A DNA stretch of 64,000 nt from an uncultured Flammeovirgaceae bacterium (GTDB lineage: Bacteria; Bacteroidota; Bacteroidia; Cytophagales; Cyclobacteriaceae), in assembly GCA_937883755.1 (NCBI GenBank), contig CAKZYA010000066.1, forward strand, positions 12,897 through 76,896, in the 5' to 3' direction. The translations under genes were made by a program, and so were the position numbers. Position 1 is the stretch's first letter. Each line of letters begins with the position of its first letter. The notes under the pieces are model-generated. The model did no database searches. It was given only the letters and a program-made list of their open reading frames with translations, and was not told where the DNA came from. This document shows, one piece after another, positions 1 through 8,882 of the stretch.

Positions 1-180
1 ATAAAAAACTTCAGACACTACGTTTTCGGCTTCCCCTTTATCGGAAGTAAAGCTCATTGCATAGCGTAGTAGATCTCCGTAAGTAGATTTAAATATTTTC
101 TCAAATGCCTGGTAGTCATCATGCCAGGTTACTTGTTTGAATAGCCGCTCGAGAGAAGAATGATATATATTATCAGGCAC
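1..180 (-). CDS. ECF-type RNA polymerase sigma factor, N-terminal fragment (gene continues past the left edge of the window)
   Basis: My reverse-complement translation of 180..1 is open for all 60 codons: VPDNIYHSSLERLFKQVTWHDDYQAFEKIFKSTYGDLLRYAMSFTSDKGEAENVVSEVFY. The AF..IF..Y...L..YA......AE..V.EVF pattern matches sigma-70 region 2 of ECF sigmas. An in-frame stop at 193..195 makes GTG at 178..180 the first possible start. This ORF is not in the supplied track. Confidence 0.5.
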   Translation of the reverse strand, partial: MPDNIYHSSLERLFKQVTWHDDYQAFEKIFKSTYGDLLRYAMSFTSDKGEAENVVSEVFY

Positions 181-317
181 CGTTTTTACCAGTTACGAAA
201 TAAAACAATACTATTAAAGAATATTGTTAATAGTAACTCCCAGAAAGCGCCTAAGATAGTAATTTTTCAAAACATCGTCAGGGTAAACCGTCTAGCACCC
301 GTCTAACTACTAAAAAT

Positions 318-1526
318 ATGGCTTTATCCCGACACGAATTCCTCCGCCTTTCTGCTCTAGGTTTAGCAACACCTAGTGTTCTCCCAAACTCAATAGCAAC
401 ATCACACTTAAAGGCACCTTCTGAAATAAAGATTACTAAGGTAAAGCCCTACGTCTTTAAAAAAGCTACCTTCGTAAAGATAGAAACCGATGCTGGAATA
501 TCGGGTTGGGGTGAGGCCGACCATGATCACCCTGAATTGGTTGCTAAGGTAATTGAAGAATTTTGTGAGAATGAAGTAGAAGGACAAAATCCATTTCATT
601 CTGAACACATCTGGATGCGCCTGTTCTTCAAGGGCGAAGATATTGGCTCTACAGGTTTATTGCCCGGTACAATTGCAGGTATTGACAATGCTCTATGGGA
701 TTTGAAAGGTAAACTGCTGAACGTACCAGTGCGTAACCTGCTAGGCAGTACCCAGGCTGAAAAAGTAAGAGTGTACGGTAGCTACGGGCGTAGCGGTGGT
801 AAAAATGGTCAAAAAGACGCAGTAGAGATGGCAGCTACCGGAGCAGCCTTCGTTGAGCAAGGCTACACCACTATTAAAGCGCGAATGCAAATCCGTCAAC
901 TTAATCTAAACCCCGATCCTGACCCCACTTTTGAGATTATACGGGAAGTACGGCGGGCAGTAGGTGATGATATTGAGTTGTTCGTCGATTTTAACAACGG
1001 TTATACTCCCGCTAAAGCTATTGATATGGGGTTGAAACTATACGAACATTTTAATATTGCCGCACTGGAAGAACCGATTTCTTATCTCGACTACCAAGGG
1101 CTAAGTCAGGTAGTAGAGGCACTTCCTATTCCGGTGATGGCTGGGGAGCACGAGTTTAATAAATGGCAAATGCGCGATTTACTAACTATTGGGCGGATTG
1201 ATGTAATCAATGCTGACGTAATCAAATGTGCAGGCATTAGTGAATGCAAGAAAGTAGCCGATATGGCTCATGCTTTTGACCGAACTATTATGGTACACAA
1301 TGCTCGACCCACACTTGCCACTGCGGCTAGTTTACAGTTGATTGGCTCAATTCCGAATGCGGCTCGAGTGCAAGAGTACGGTGGAAAACGAGAAGAGTTA
1401 GGACTGAATCATCTCTTTGACAACTATTTCACTTTTAAGGACGGGTATCTTTATATTCCCAACCAACCCGGTTTAGGGCTGACCGTGAACGAGGAGGCAA
1501 TGGAGAAAGAAAAGCTCAATCGCTAA
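318..1526 (+). CDS. Enolase-superfamily enzyme (mandelate racemase/muconate lactonizing family, acid-sugar dehydratase-like) with a Tat-like N-terminal leader
   Basis: 402-aa ORF with an ATG start. The capping and barrel domains are typical of MR/MLE members (KIETDAGISGWGEA, IDNALWDLKGKLLNVPV, DFNNGYT, LEEP, AGEHE). The N-terminus SRHEFLRLSALGLATPSV resembles a twin-arginine leader. Confidence 0.85.
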   Translation: MALSRHEFLRLSALGLATPSVLPNSIATSHLKAPSEIKITKVKPYVFKKATFVKIETDAGISGWGEADHDHPELVAKVIEEFCENEVEGQNPFHSEHIWMRLFFKGEDIGSTGLLPGTIAGIDNALWDLKGKLLNVPVRNLLGSTQAEKVRVYGSYGRSGGKNGQKDAVEMAATGAAFVEQGYTTIKARMQIRQLNLNPDPDPTFEIIREVRRAVGDDIELFVDFNNGYTPAKAIDMGLKLYEHFNIAALEEPISYLDYQGLSQVVEALPIPVMAGEHEFNKWQMRDLLTIGRIDVINADVIKCAGISECKKVADMAHAFDRTIMVHNARPTLATAASLQLIGSIPNAARVQEYGGKREELGLNHLFDNYFTFKDGYLYIPNQPGLGLTVNEEAMEKEKLNR

Positions 1527-1772
1527 TGCCTTACATCATTAACACCCAACACTGATTCATTCTTATTTAAAGTCAAAAAATAGTATGATTATTATAATAT
1601 CATTAACCATAAGTGCCAAATACTTGAAGCACCGCCTTCATTCCTGATTTTACTTGATTGTTCTGTGGCTACATAGAATCGAGATCAGCTAACTAAGAAA
1701 ATACTTTTGATTGTAGGGGTATATCGCTTTTGCTACGTCCATAAATTACCGAAGAGTCTTAAAGCTATTTCG

Positions 1773-2072
1773 ATGAAGAATCCTTCGTTCCAATTTATGA
1801 TTATTTTAATGCTTCTGCTGATTATAAGCAGTGAGCCTTCAATAGCAGAAAAGCAAGAGCTTATTTTTCGAGATCAGCCTTTAACAGACGTTTGCGATGA
1901 GCTGAGTCAGCACTTCAGTGTAGTTTTTACCATCAAAAGTAAAAAACTAAAGAGTAAGCGAGTTACCGCCCGATTCTCTTCTCAAAGCCTAGATGTCATA
2001 CTACAGGATCTATCATTTGTACTAAATATTCGCTATGAGATAAAGGGAAATCATATCACCATTCGAGAATAA
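1773..2072 (+). CDS. Small membrane-anchored or secreted protein resembling only the C-terminal domain of FecR anti-sigma factors (mini-FecR)
   Basis: The track ORF 1707..2072 begins at TTG. The internal ATG at 1773 gives MKNPSFQFMIILMLLLIISSEPS, a hydrophobic leader. The remainder (LIFRDQPLTDVCDELSQHFSVVFTI...VTARFSSQSLDVILQDLSFVLNIRYEIKGNHITI) has the same pattern as the C-terminus of the full-length FecR at 23509..24531 (ILVFHHASFVEVTKELERWYGVSFLV...ISGQFKNENLENVLLNLGYAESFDFAIDEKQVTI). It lies 15 nt upstream of the STN-bearing TonB receptor. Confidence 0.55.
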   Translation: MKNPSFQFMIILMLLLIISSEPSIAEKQELIFRDQPLTDVCDELSQHFSVVFTIKSKKLKSKRVTARFSSQSLDVILQDLSFVLNIRYEIKGNHITIRE

Positions 2073-2087
2073 CCTTATACAATCAAT

Positions 2088-5000
2088 ATGAATCAGCTTC
2101 TACATCGCTCTTCACACCACTTTGCTTGTTTGCTGTGCGGAGTTGTATTAATCCTCGGCGCGACAACTGAGGCTTGGGCTAGTAGTGCCAGAAGTATTCG
2201 GGAAGTGAAAGTCTCTCTTAATCTGACTAACGTTACGTTAGAAGAGGCTTTGCTGCGGATAGAAAGTCAAACTGAGTTCCGCTTTGTTTACAGCAGCCAA
2301 AACGTAGATAAAGATCAACTCGTCAATCTGAAAGTATACGATGTAAGTGTAGCCAATGTGCTGGAGACCTTATTTCAGGGTAAGAACCTAATTGTTCGGC
2401 AGCGTAATTATCAAATCATGATCAAGGGCTACCATCGTGCCCCCCGCCCCAAGATTGTGGTAGTACAAGAATACGGCGCAGTAATAGGAACTATCACCGA
2501 TGAAGAAACTGGTGAAGGGTTAGCGGGAGCTACCATCATAGTTAAAGGGACTAATATTGGTACTACGGCCGATATCGACGGTGACTACTTGTTGGTAAAT
2601 GTACCCGAGGGTAAGCAAACAATTATATACCAGTTTATTGGATTTCAAACCCAAGAAGTAGAGGTTGAAATTGAAGCTAGGGCTGCAACTAACGTTGACA
2701 TGAAACTAAAACCCGAAGCAATTCTAACCCAGGAGGTAATTATCACTGGACAGGCACTCGGGCAGCAAGCAGCCATCAACCGGCAGATTTCATCTAACAC
2801 CATTGTTAACATAGTTTCTAAAGAGCGCATTGAAGAACTTCCTGATCAGAATGCTGCGGAATCAGTAGGCCGTTTGCCGGGTATTGCCATTCAGCGCAAT
2901 GCTGGCGAGGGACAAAAAGTGGTAGTACGTGGGCTTTCGCCTCGATTTAATGCTATTACGATTAACGGCGAACGGATTCCTTCCACTGACCCCAGCGACC
3001 GTTCGGTAGACTTGAGTATGATTGCACCCGAGCAACTCGCAGGTATTGAAGTTTTTAAAGCCCTCACTCCCGACAAAGACGGTGATGCCATTGGGGGAAC
3101 AGTTAACTTTGTAGCTAAGAAAGCGGATGCCGGACTAAACGGTGACATACGCGCTTCGGGAGGCTACAACAGTGTGGCTAATGAATGGGGACAACCGCGG
3201 GTAAATGCTAGTTTGAGTAATCGCTTTCTAAACAATAAATTAGGCGTACTTATTACCGGTAATTACCAACAAGCTAACCGTAGCTCTGATGTACTACAAA
3301 CTAGTTGGGATAATAACGCCGATACTCGCCAACTAAATCTGGCCGCTAAGCAAGTCTCAGATATCAACGAAATTCGCCGTCGCTACGGAGGTAGCCTCGG
3401 GCTTGATTATGACCTGGGAGCCTCCGGTAACATTTTATTTAATGCGCTCTGGGGCGAAACCGTACGAAATGAGACTCGACGACGCCGCCAAATCAGTGTT
3501 GCTTCCAATTTTCAAAACTATGACATCCGCGACCGCAAGCTTCGTACTCGGCTCATTTCTAACACGCTCAGCGGAGAGCATCGCTTGTTTGATAAAACTT
3601 GGGCATTTAATTGGCGAACTTCCTATTCACTTACCCGCCAAACGACTCCCTTTTCGCACGAACTAGGTTTTCGGGAAGAAAGTGCCCTAGACGCTAGTCA
3701 GATTCCAATTGGCGGCTTCCAAGATGGCACTACCTTTCAAGAGCTAGAAAGTATTGCCTTCAACCGTACTGGCGAGGCGTACCTTCGCCGAGGGGGAGCT
3801 CGCTTGCGAGAGGACGAAACCGACGAAGATATCTACACGCTTCAGCTAGATTTACAAAAAGACTTTCGTATCGGATCTAACGTAGCGGGTTTCATAAAAG
3901 GAGGAGTAAAGGCCAGGTACTTCGACCGGGTTAAGGATGCTATTGAGTTTCGGGATAATGGAAACGGACCCGAAGATGGGTTCGCCGCATTAATTAGTGA
4001 CTTTCCCAACGAATACACGTTGGTGCCTCAGTTCGCCCAAATTGCCATGACTAACTTTCTGGAGAATAGTTATGATGCAGGTGATTTCTTAGATGGTGAC
4101 ATTAATTTTGGACCAGGTATCGACGTTCGCGAAGCAAATCGGTTGGCTTACTGGTTCTCCGATGATTATTACTTCCGCCGAATTCTTATCGACAATGAAG
4201 ACTATGAAGCACGGGAGCTAATTAGTGCAGGCTACCTAATGAGTGAGGTAAATATTGGAAATCTTATGCTTTTGGGTGGTGCTCGGATAGAGCGTACCGA
4301 TGCCGACTATCGCGGTTTTGAGACTTTCCAACAAGATGATGACCAGCTTGGTGAAGGAGAAGTTGGTCAGGCCATTGTTCGCGATTCTCTCAACAGTATA
4401 TCCTACACTGAAATACTTCCTATGTTCCAGGCGAAATATCAGATTACCGACTGGTTTGACATTCGGGGAGCGTTAACTAAATCATTAGCCCGACCTAATT
4501 TCCAGAATTTAGTACCCTGGCGGGCGGTGAACCGCTTTGAGGCTGAAGCTCGGTTGGGGAATCCGGCGCTTCAGCATATGACTGCCTGGAACTACGACGT
4601 GTTTTTCTCATTCTACAATAAGTTTGGTCTGTTTACGATCGGGGCATTCTACAAAGAATTACAAAATGTAGATGTACAATCTACCTTCAATGAAACCGAT
4701 CGGCGGGACGAATTCTTTGGGTTTGAAGTTGAGCAACCAATTAATGTAGAAAGTACCACTGAGGTACGCGGATTAGAGATAGATGTACAGGCTAACTTCC
4801 GAATGCTTCCTGCTCCCTTTGATGGTATCGTGCTATCGGCCAATGCTACTCTAATTGACTCTCGCACTTTCTATCCACTATTTGCTATTTTGGACGAACG
4901 CGAGGCACCATTTTTCTATCCAACGGCGCTAGACACCGAGCGTCTCGGTTCTATTCCCGGTCAACCCGATTTGACCTTCAACGCTTCATTAGGTTACGAA

Positions 5001-5282
5001 AAAGGCGGATTTTCCGGCCGGGTTTCAGTAATCGTTCAGGACAACAGCTTTGACGAGTTAGGAAGTAACGAAACCTTCGATACATTCACGGGCCTTCTCA
5101 CCCGCTGGGATGCTACGGCTAGCCAAAAGATTACACCTCGCTGGCAAGTGTACGCCAATTGGAACAACATAACGGATGCGCCACCTACTAGCTTTCTTCT
5201 AGATGAACGCTTTGAGTCGGATCGTGAATTCTTCGGAGCTACTTTCGACTTGGGTATCCGCTACAGATTTTCGGTAGAATAA
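2088..5282 (+). CDS. TonB-dependent outer-membrane receptor with N-terminal STN signalling domain and carboxypeptidase-regulatory-like domain
   Basis: 1064 aa with a signal peptide. STN-like module: VSLNLTNVTLEEALLRIESQTEFRFVYSS...VLETLF. CarbopepD_reg-like module: GTITDEETGEGLAGATIIVKGTNIGTTADIDGDYLLVNVPEG. Plug: ELPDQNAAESVGRLPGIAIQRNAGEGQKVVVRGLSPRFNAITINGERIPS. A long beta-barrel region follows. No SusD-like gene follows it. Confidence 0.9.
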   Translation: MNQLLHRSSHHFACLLCGVVLILGATTEAWASSARSIREVKVSLNLTNVTLEEALLRIESQTEFRFVYSSQNVDKDQLVNLKVYDVSVANVLETLFQGKNLIVRQRNYQIMIKGYHRAPRPKIVVVQEYGAVIGTITDEETGEGLAGATIIVKGTNIGTTADIDGDYLLVNVPEGKQTIIYQFIGFQTQEVEVEIEARAATNVDMKLKPEAILTQEVIITGQALGQQAAINRQISSNTIVNIVSKERIEELPDQNAAESVGRLPGIAIQRNAGEGQKVVVRGLSPRFNAITINGERIPSTDPSDRSVDLSMIAPEQLAGIEVFKALTPDKDGDAIGGTVNFVAKKADAGLNGDIRASGGYNSVANEWGQPRVNASLSNRFLNNKLGVLITGNYQQANRSSDVLQTSWDNNADTRQLNLAAKQVSDINEIRRRYGGSLGLDYDLGASGNILFNALWGETVRNETRRRRQISVASNFQNYDIRDRKLRTRLISNTLSGEHRLFDKTWAFNWRTSYSLTRQTTPFSHELGFREESALDASQIPIGGFQDGTTFQELESIAFNRTGEAYLRRGGARLREDETDEDIYTLQLDLQKDFRIGSNVAGFIKGGVKARYFDRVKDAIEFRDNGNGPEDGFAALISDFPNEYTLVPQFAQIAMTNFLENSYDAGDFLDGDINFGPGIDVREANRLAYWFSDDYYFRRILIDNEDYEARELISAGYLMSEVNIGNLMLLGGARIERTDADYRGFETFQQDDDQLGEGEVGQAIVRDSLNSISYTEILPMFQAKYQITDWFDIRGALTKSLARPNFQNLVPWRAVNRFEAEARLGNPALQHMTAWNYDVFFSFYNKFGLFTIGAFYKELQNVDVQSTFNETDRRDEFFGFEVEQPINVESTTEVRGLEIDVQANFRMLPAPFDGIVLSANATLIDSRTFYPLFAILDEREAPFFYPTALDTERLGSIPGQPDLTFNASLGYEKGGFSGRVSVIVQDNSFDELGSNETFDTFTGLLTRWDATASQKITPRWQVYANWNNITDAPPTSFLLDERFESDREFFGATFDLGIRYRFSVE

Positions 5283-5300
5283 ATTTTACGTACTGACTCG

Positions 5301-6869
5301 ATGAAAAAATTTTACATCTATTCTTTATTCGTACTTACGCTAGTAGCATCTGAGCTGCAAGGTCAGGAGCTTCGTGAAGTATTCGTTGAGCCTGAACGGA
5401 TTGGAATTCTTAATGATAGGATTAGCGGCGACACCACCGATACTGGTGAACGGGTAAACCTTAATACGGTCTACGTACTACGTCGTAACGGAGTGTACAA
5501 GACAACGGGGGAGATTCAAAATCCTGGTTTTCCCCTTTACATCCGAGCCGAAGAGGGAGACGGGGCTATGCCGATTATTCAGCCTGCTGCCACCAGTGGA
5601 GGAGAAAGTGCTCGTCCGTTCACAGTACTGAATGATATTAGGTTAGAAGGATTATACATCACCTCTATTGATGAATTAGGGCAGTATATTCAGCGTATTT
5701 TACGGGTCAGGGCTGATGACGTAGAGATGCGAATTGATAACTGCTGGCTAGATGGTTCTGGTCAGTCCGCAGTGCGTTTGGATAATGTAAATGCTAAGGT
5801 TTACATAAGTAACTCTATCATTAGCAACATGGGGCGACCCTCAGTGCCCAACAACGGAAGGGTTATTGACTGTCGTACCAATACCGACTCTGTAGTGGTT
5901 CGTAACTGTACGGTATACAATGTTACTAGCCGAATTATCCGCCTTTCAGGAGGGCGATTTTTGCGCTACGGCGAATTCATGAACAACACGATCATGAACA
6001 CCGGGCAAACCGCTATTCAGTTAGATGAAACTATTGAGACAGTGTTTGTGAACAACTTAATGATAAATGCCGGATTCTTAGGTTCGGTAAGATCTGACGA
6101 TCCTTTTGAAATAGTGCCTGTAGGCGAAGCGGCCGTCAATACATTCCCCGATGTAGAGCAAACCGCAATCATTCGCAACAACCTTTGGTACACTCAGCCC
6201 GAGGTAGTAGCGGCTCGCCCCGACACAGTAGTTGATCGGCCTATCTACAGTAGTGATGTATTTCTTGCTACTGACCTAGACTCTGCTACATTGGTTGATG
6301 AATTAACATTTAGTGAGCCCGTTAATTTTGAAAATGCCCCAACCCCCAGTGCGGCTGTCGTAAGCCAAATGGTAATTGATCAGGCTACCCTAGATAACTT
6401 AGATGATGCAACTGCCCCTAACTGGAACCTCTTCGGTTCTCCGGCTTTTCAGTTGGTAGACCAGACTTTAGCTCTTCCTTGGCAGTTTCCTTACAGTCTT
6501 AGCTACAGTACTACTGACTTTGCGGCTACGGCAGCGACTGATGGCGGATCGCTCGGTGACCGCAATTGGCCCCTAAAAGATTTGAACCCCATTACTGATT
6601 TAGCGGAGTTACTGCCCGCGCAGGATGATTGGATGGTATTTCCCAATCCATCGGTAGGTAATCAATTATACATCCAGCTTTCCGACGATATGATTGCCCA
6701 GCAAATAGCAATTACTAACCTATTGGGACAACAAATGCTGGAAGTGTCAGCTTCTAAATCCCAAAAGTACATTGGGGTTAATACCTCGTCCTTAAACGTA
6801 GGTATCTACCTGGTTCGCGTCACTGAGCCTAACGGAAAAATTAGCACCCGAAAATTTATTAAGAAATAA
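5301..6869 (+). CDS. Secreted right-handed beta-helix repeat protein with T9SS (Por) C-terminal sorting domain
   Basis: 522 aa with a signal peptide (MKKFYIYSLFVLTLVASELQG). Repeated N-x-x-I/V beta-helix rungs (IDNCWLDGSGQSAVRLDN, YISNSIISNMG, VVRNCTVYNVTS, MNNTIMNTGQTAIQLD, VFVNNLMINAG). The C-terminal roughly 80 aa (VFPNPSVGNQLYIQL...ITNLLGQQML...LNVGIYLVRVTEPNGKISTRKFIKK) match the T9SS sorting-tail pattern. Confidence 0.75.
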   Translation: MKKFYIYSLFVLTLVASELQGQELREVFVEPERIGILNDRISGDTTDTGERVNLNTVYVLRRNGVYKTTGEIQNPGFPLYIRAEEGDGAMPIIQPAATSGGESARPFTVLNDIRLEGLYITSIDELGQYIQRILRVRADDVEMRIDNCWLDGSGQSAVRLDNVNAKVYISNSIISNMGRPSVPNNGRVIDCRTNTDSVVVRNCTVYNVTSRIIRLSGGRFLRYGEFMNNTIMNTGQTAIQLDETIETVFVNNLMINAGFLGSVRSDDPFEIVPVGEAAVNTFPDVEQTAIIRNNLWYTQPEVVAARPDTVVDRPIYSSDVFLATDLDSATLVDELTFSEPVNFENAPTPSAAVVSQMVIDQATLDNLDDATAPNWNLFGSPAFQLVDQTLALPWQFPYSLSYSTTDFAATAATDGGSLGDRNWPLKDLNPITDLAELLPAQDDWMVFPNPSVGNQLYIQLSDDMIAQQIAITNLLGQQMLEVSASKSQKYIGVNTSSLNVGIYLVRVTEPNGKISTRKFIKK

Positions 6870-7318
6870 TGATGACTGTACGATCTCTACAATATCTGTT
6901 AATAGCCGGATTAACCGCTTTGCTACTTTCGTGCGACGAAGAAGGCGGGGACGATGGCCCAGCAACTAATGATGAGCAGCAGCAAATTGAGCGCTTGGCT
7001 AAAACCTGGATAGCCGACCAAGTGACATATGACGGGGTGAACGTTACCAGCGTTGATTTTACTGATTTTACCATTACATTCTCAGGAGACAATACCTGGA
7101 CTACCGAAGATGGTGATCCGGCTTTCGGTGCCAGTGGTACTTGGGAGTTTGCTGAGGATGACCTTAATACGGTCATCATGAACGGTATCCCGGTCAGTAT
7201 TACCACTAGCACCGATGCTGCATTACTTCGCCTTCGCTTTACGCTTGATAATACCCCTGTGGGACGCACCGAAGGAATTACGGGCGAGTATACCTTTGAT
7301 TTATCTGCTGCACCATGA
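6869..7318 (+). CDS. Small lipoprotein, lipocalin-like or unknown function
   Basis: 149 aa. Lipobox LTALLLSC followed by an acidic linker. The start overlaps the stop of the upstream gene (TAATG) and its stop overlaps the next start (ATGA), indicating a tight operon. Confidence 0.6.
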   Translation: MMTVRSLQYLLIAGLTALLLSCDEEGGDDGPATNDEQQQIERLAKTWIADQVTYDGVNVTSVDFTDFTITFSGDNTWTTEDGDPAFGASGTWEFAEDDLNTVIMNGIPVSITTSTDAALLRLRFTLDNTPVGRTEGITGEYTFDLSAAP

Positions 7319-8841
7319 ATAGAAAAATGATAAAAAAGCGCATTCATTTTAGTCTGTATGCCATCGCTCTACTGTCAGTTTTTGTTCTTTCTTGCGAAGA
7401 CTTTGACGAAGACCGCGGAGGGTTCACCCCCCCCAAACCTGTTTTGGAGTTTCCTGAAGGAGCCAGCTTCTCTACCCAGCGCGATTCGGTAGCCCCTATC
7501 GTTATCCGTTACAATGTGCTATCAGAGATTACCTCACTAACCGCTTCGCAGGGCGGTACGGATTTGGGAGCTATACCGCTGGAAGGACTCAGCTCGATAG
7601 AGGATACCTTAACATTTGATTATACTGTACCCTCCGAAGCTGCTTTCGGCAGTCTACCAATTGAGTTTACAATTACTGACCGAGGCGGAAGACAGCAGAC
7701 CGAGACTTTTATTGTGGACGTTATCCGAGGACTTCGCGAATTTAGTACAGAAACAATTGCTACTGAGGTAACGCTAAGTGCCGATTCAATCTATCGCTTT
7801 ACCCGCAGTGTGACGATAGCCGAGGGTGGTACATTAACCGTACCTCCCGGTGGCTTGATTTTAGCAGTATTAGATACCGCTAATCCGATAACGATTATTA
7901 CCGATGGTGGGCGTTTGGTTGCCGAAGGAACCGCCGAAGCGCCTATTGTTTTTACCTCAGAAAACACATTAACTCAAACCGCAGCCCCCGGCGACTGGGG
8001 TGGTTTCATTTTACGAGGTGACGAAGATAACCCGAGTTATTCACCCTTCTCGCTTCGGTACGTTCGAGTAGAGTACGCAGGCGGTGGAGAAGAAGAGTCC
8101 GCTCTCTTCATTCGTGAGGTGAGCTCTACACCTATGGATCACGTGCAGACTTATTTCTCCGCAAACTACGGGTTCTACATTCGGGAAGGTACATTCGAGT
8201 TTACCCATTGCCTCTCAACCTCCGATGCTAGTTCTGGTTTCTACCTACGAGACTCCGAAGGAAATGCTCAATTTTTAATTGTAGACTCTGAAGTAGACCA
8301 CGGCGACCGCGACCTACACGTTCGCGGGGGAGGGTCAGTAACTATTGCCAATGCTACCTTTGTTGGAAGCGGGCGCAACGAAGGAGAAGACCTGGACGGG
8401 GCACGCATCCGGGAAGACGCTGGTCCCTTTAAATTTTACAACAGTATTGTAGCAGAGTATCCCGGAGATGGTATTCGCCTTCAGCGTTACGAAGAAGGAC
8501 AAGACATTATTGCCCACACCTTCATTTTCCGTATTGGCGGGGTGCAGGATGACGGAATTGGTACCGACCAGGGAGCGGCTGAAGGACCATCGCCAGTGCG
8601 GGGAGCCGGACTAATCTTCTACAACCAACGGGAACAGTTCAACAATCAAATTGATATAGACAATACTCTTATTCCCGGCATTGATTCGGATAGCTACGTG
8701 CCGGATGAAATACCTACCGTAGGTTTCGATCCATCCACTTTGGGCGAATTCTTTGATGCGGCTCCTTACGCCGGAGCTATTGGTGATACTGACTGGACAA
8801 TTGGGTGGAGTCTGAATGCAGACGGCGAGATAAACGAATAA
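7315..8841 (+). CDS. Lipoprotein with Ig-like N-terminal region and beta-helix-like repeats, unknown function
   Basis: 508 aa. Lipobox SVFVLSC. Motif PIVFTSENTLTQTAAPGDWGGFILRG plus later repeat-like segments. Last gene of the 1773..8841 operon. Confidence 0.6.
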   Translation: MNRKMIKKRIHFSLYAIALLSVFVLSCEDFDEDRGGFTPPKPVLEFPEGASFSTQRDSVAPIVIRYNVLSEITSLTASQGGTDLGAIPLEGLSSIEDTLTFDYTVPSEAAFGSLPIEFTITDRGGRQQTETFIVDVIRGLREFSTETIATEVTLSADSIYRFTRSVTIAEGGTLTVPPGGLILAVLDTANPITIITDGGRLVAEGTAEAPIVFTSENTLTQTAAPGDWGGFILRGDEDNPSYSPFSLRYVRVEYAGGGEEESALFIREVSSTPMDHVQTYFSANYGFYIREGTFEFTHCLSTSDASSGFYLRDSEGNAQFLIVDSEVDHGDRDLHVRGGGSVTIANATFVGSGRNEGEDLDGARIREDAGPFKFYNSIVAEYPGDGIRLQRYEEGQDIIAHTFIFRIGGVQDDGIGTDQGAAEGPSPVRGAGLIFYNQREQFNNQIDIDNTLIPGIDSDSYVPDEIPTVGFDPSTLGEFFDAAPYAGAIGDTDWTIGWSLNADGEINE

Positions 8842-8882
8842 ATGAGAAAGGAGGCCTCAAGGCTTTCTTTCTTACCCCATCA

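Noticed and set aside
1527-1772. A cobalamin or other riboswitch upstream of the TonB-receptor operon.
   Set aside because: The region is AT-rich, with no B12-box-like GCCACTG core or other conserved riboswitch features that I can recognise.
8842-8882. A hairpin-like AGAAAG...CTTTCT sequence with internal GAGGCCTC palindrome between the convergent genes at 8841 and 8883.
   Set aside because: The stem is short, the folding is ambiguous and there is no clear U-tract. It may be a bidirectional terminator, but the support is too weak to list as a feature.
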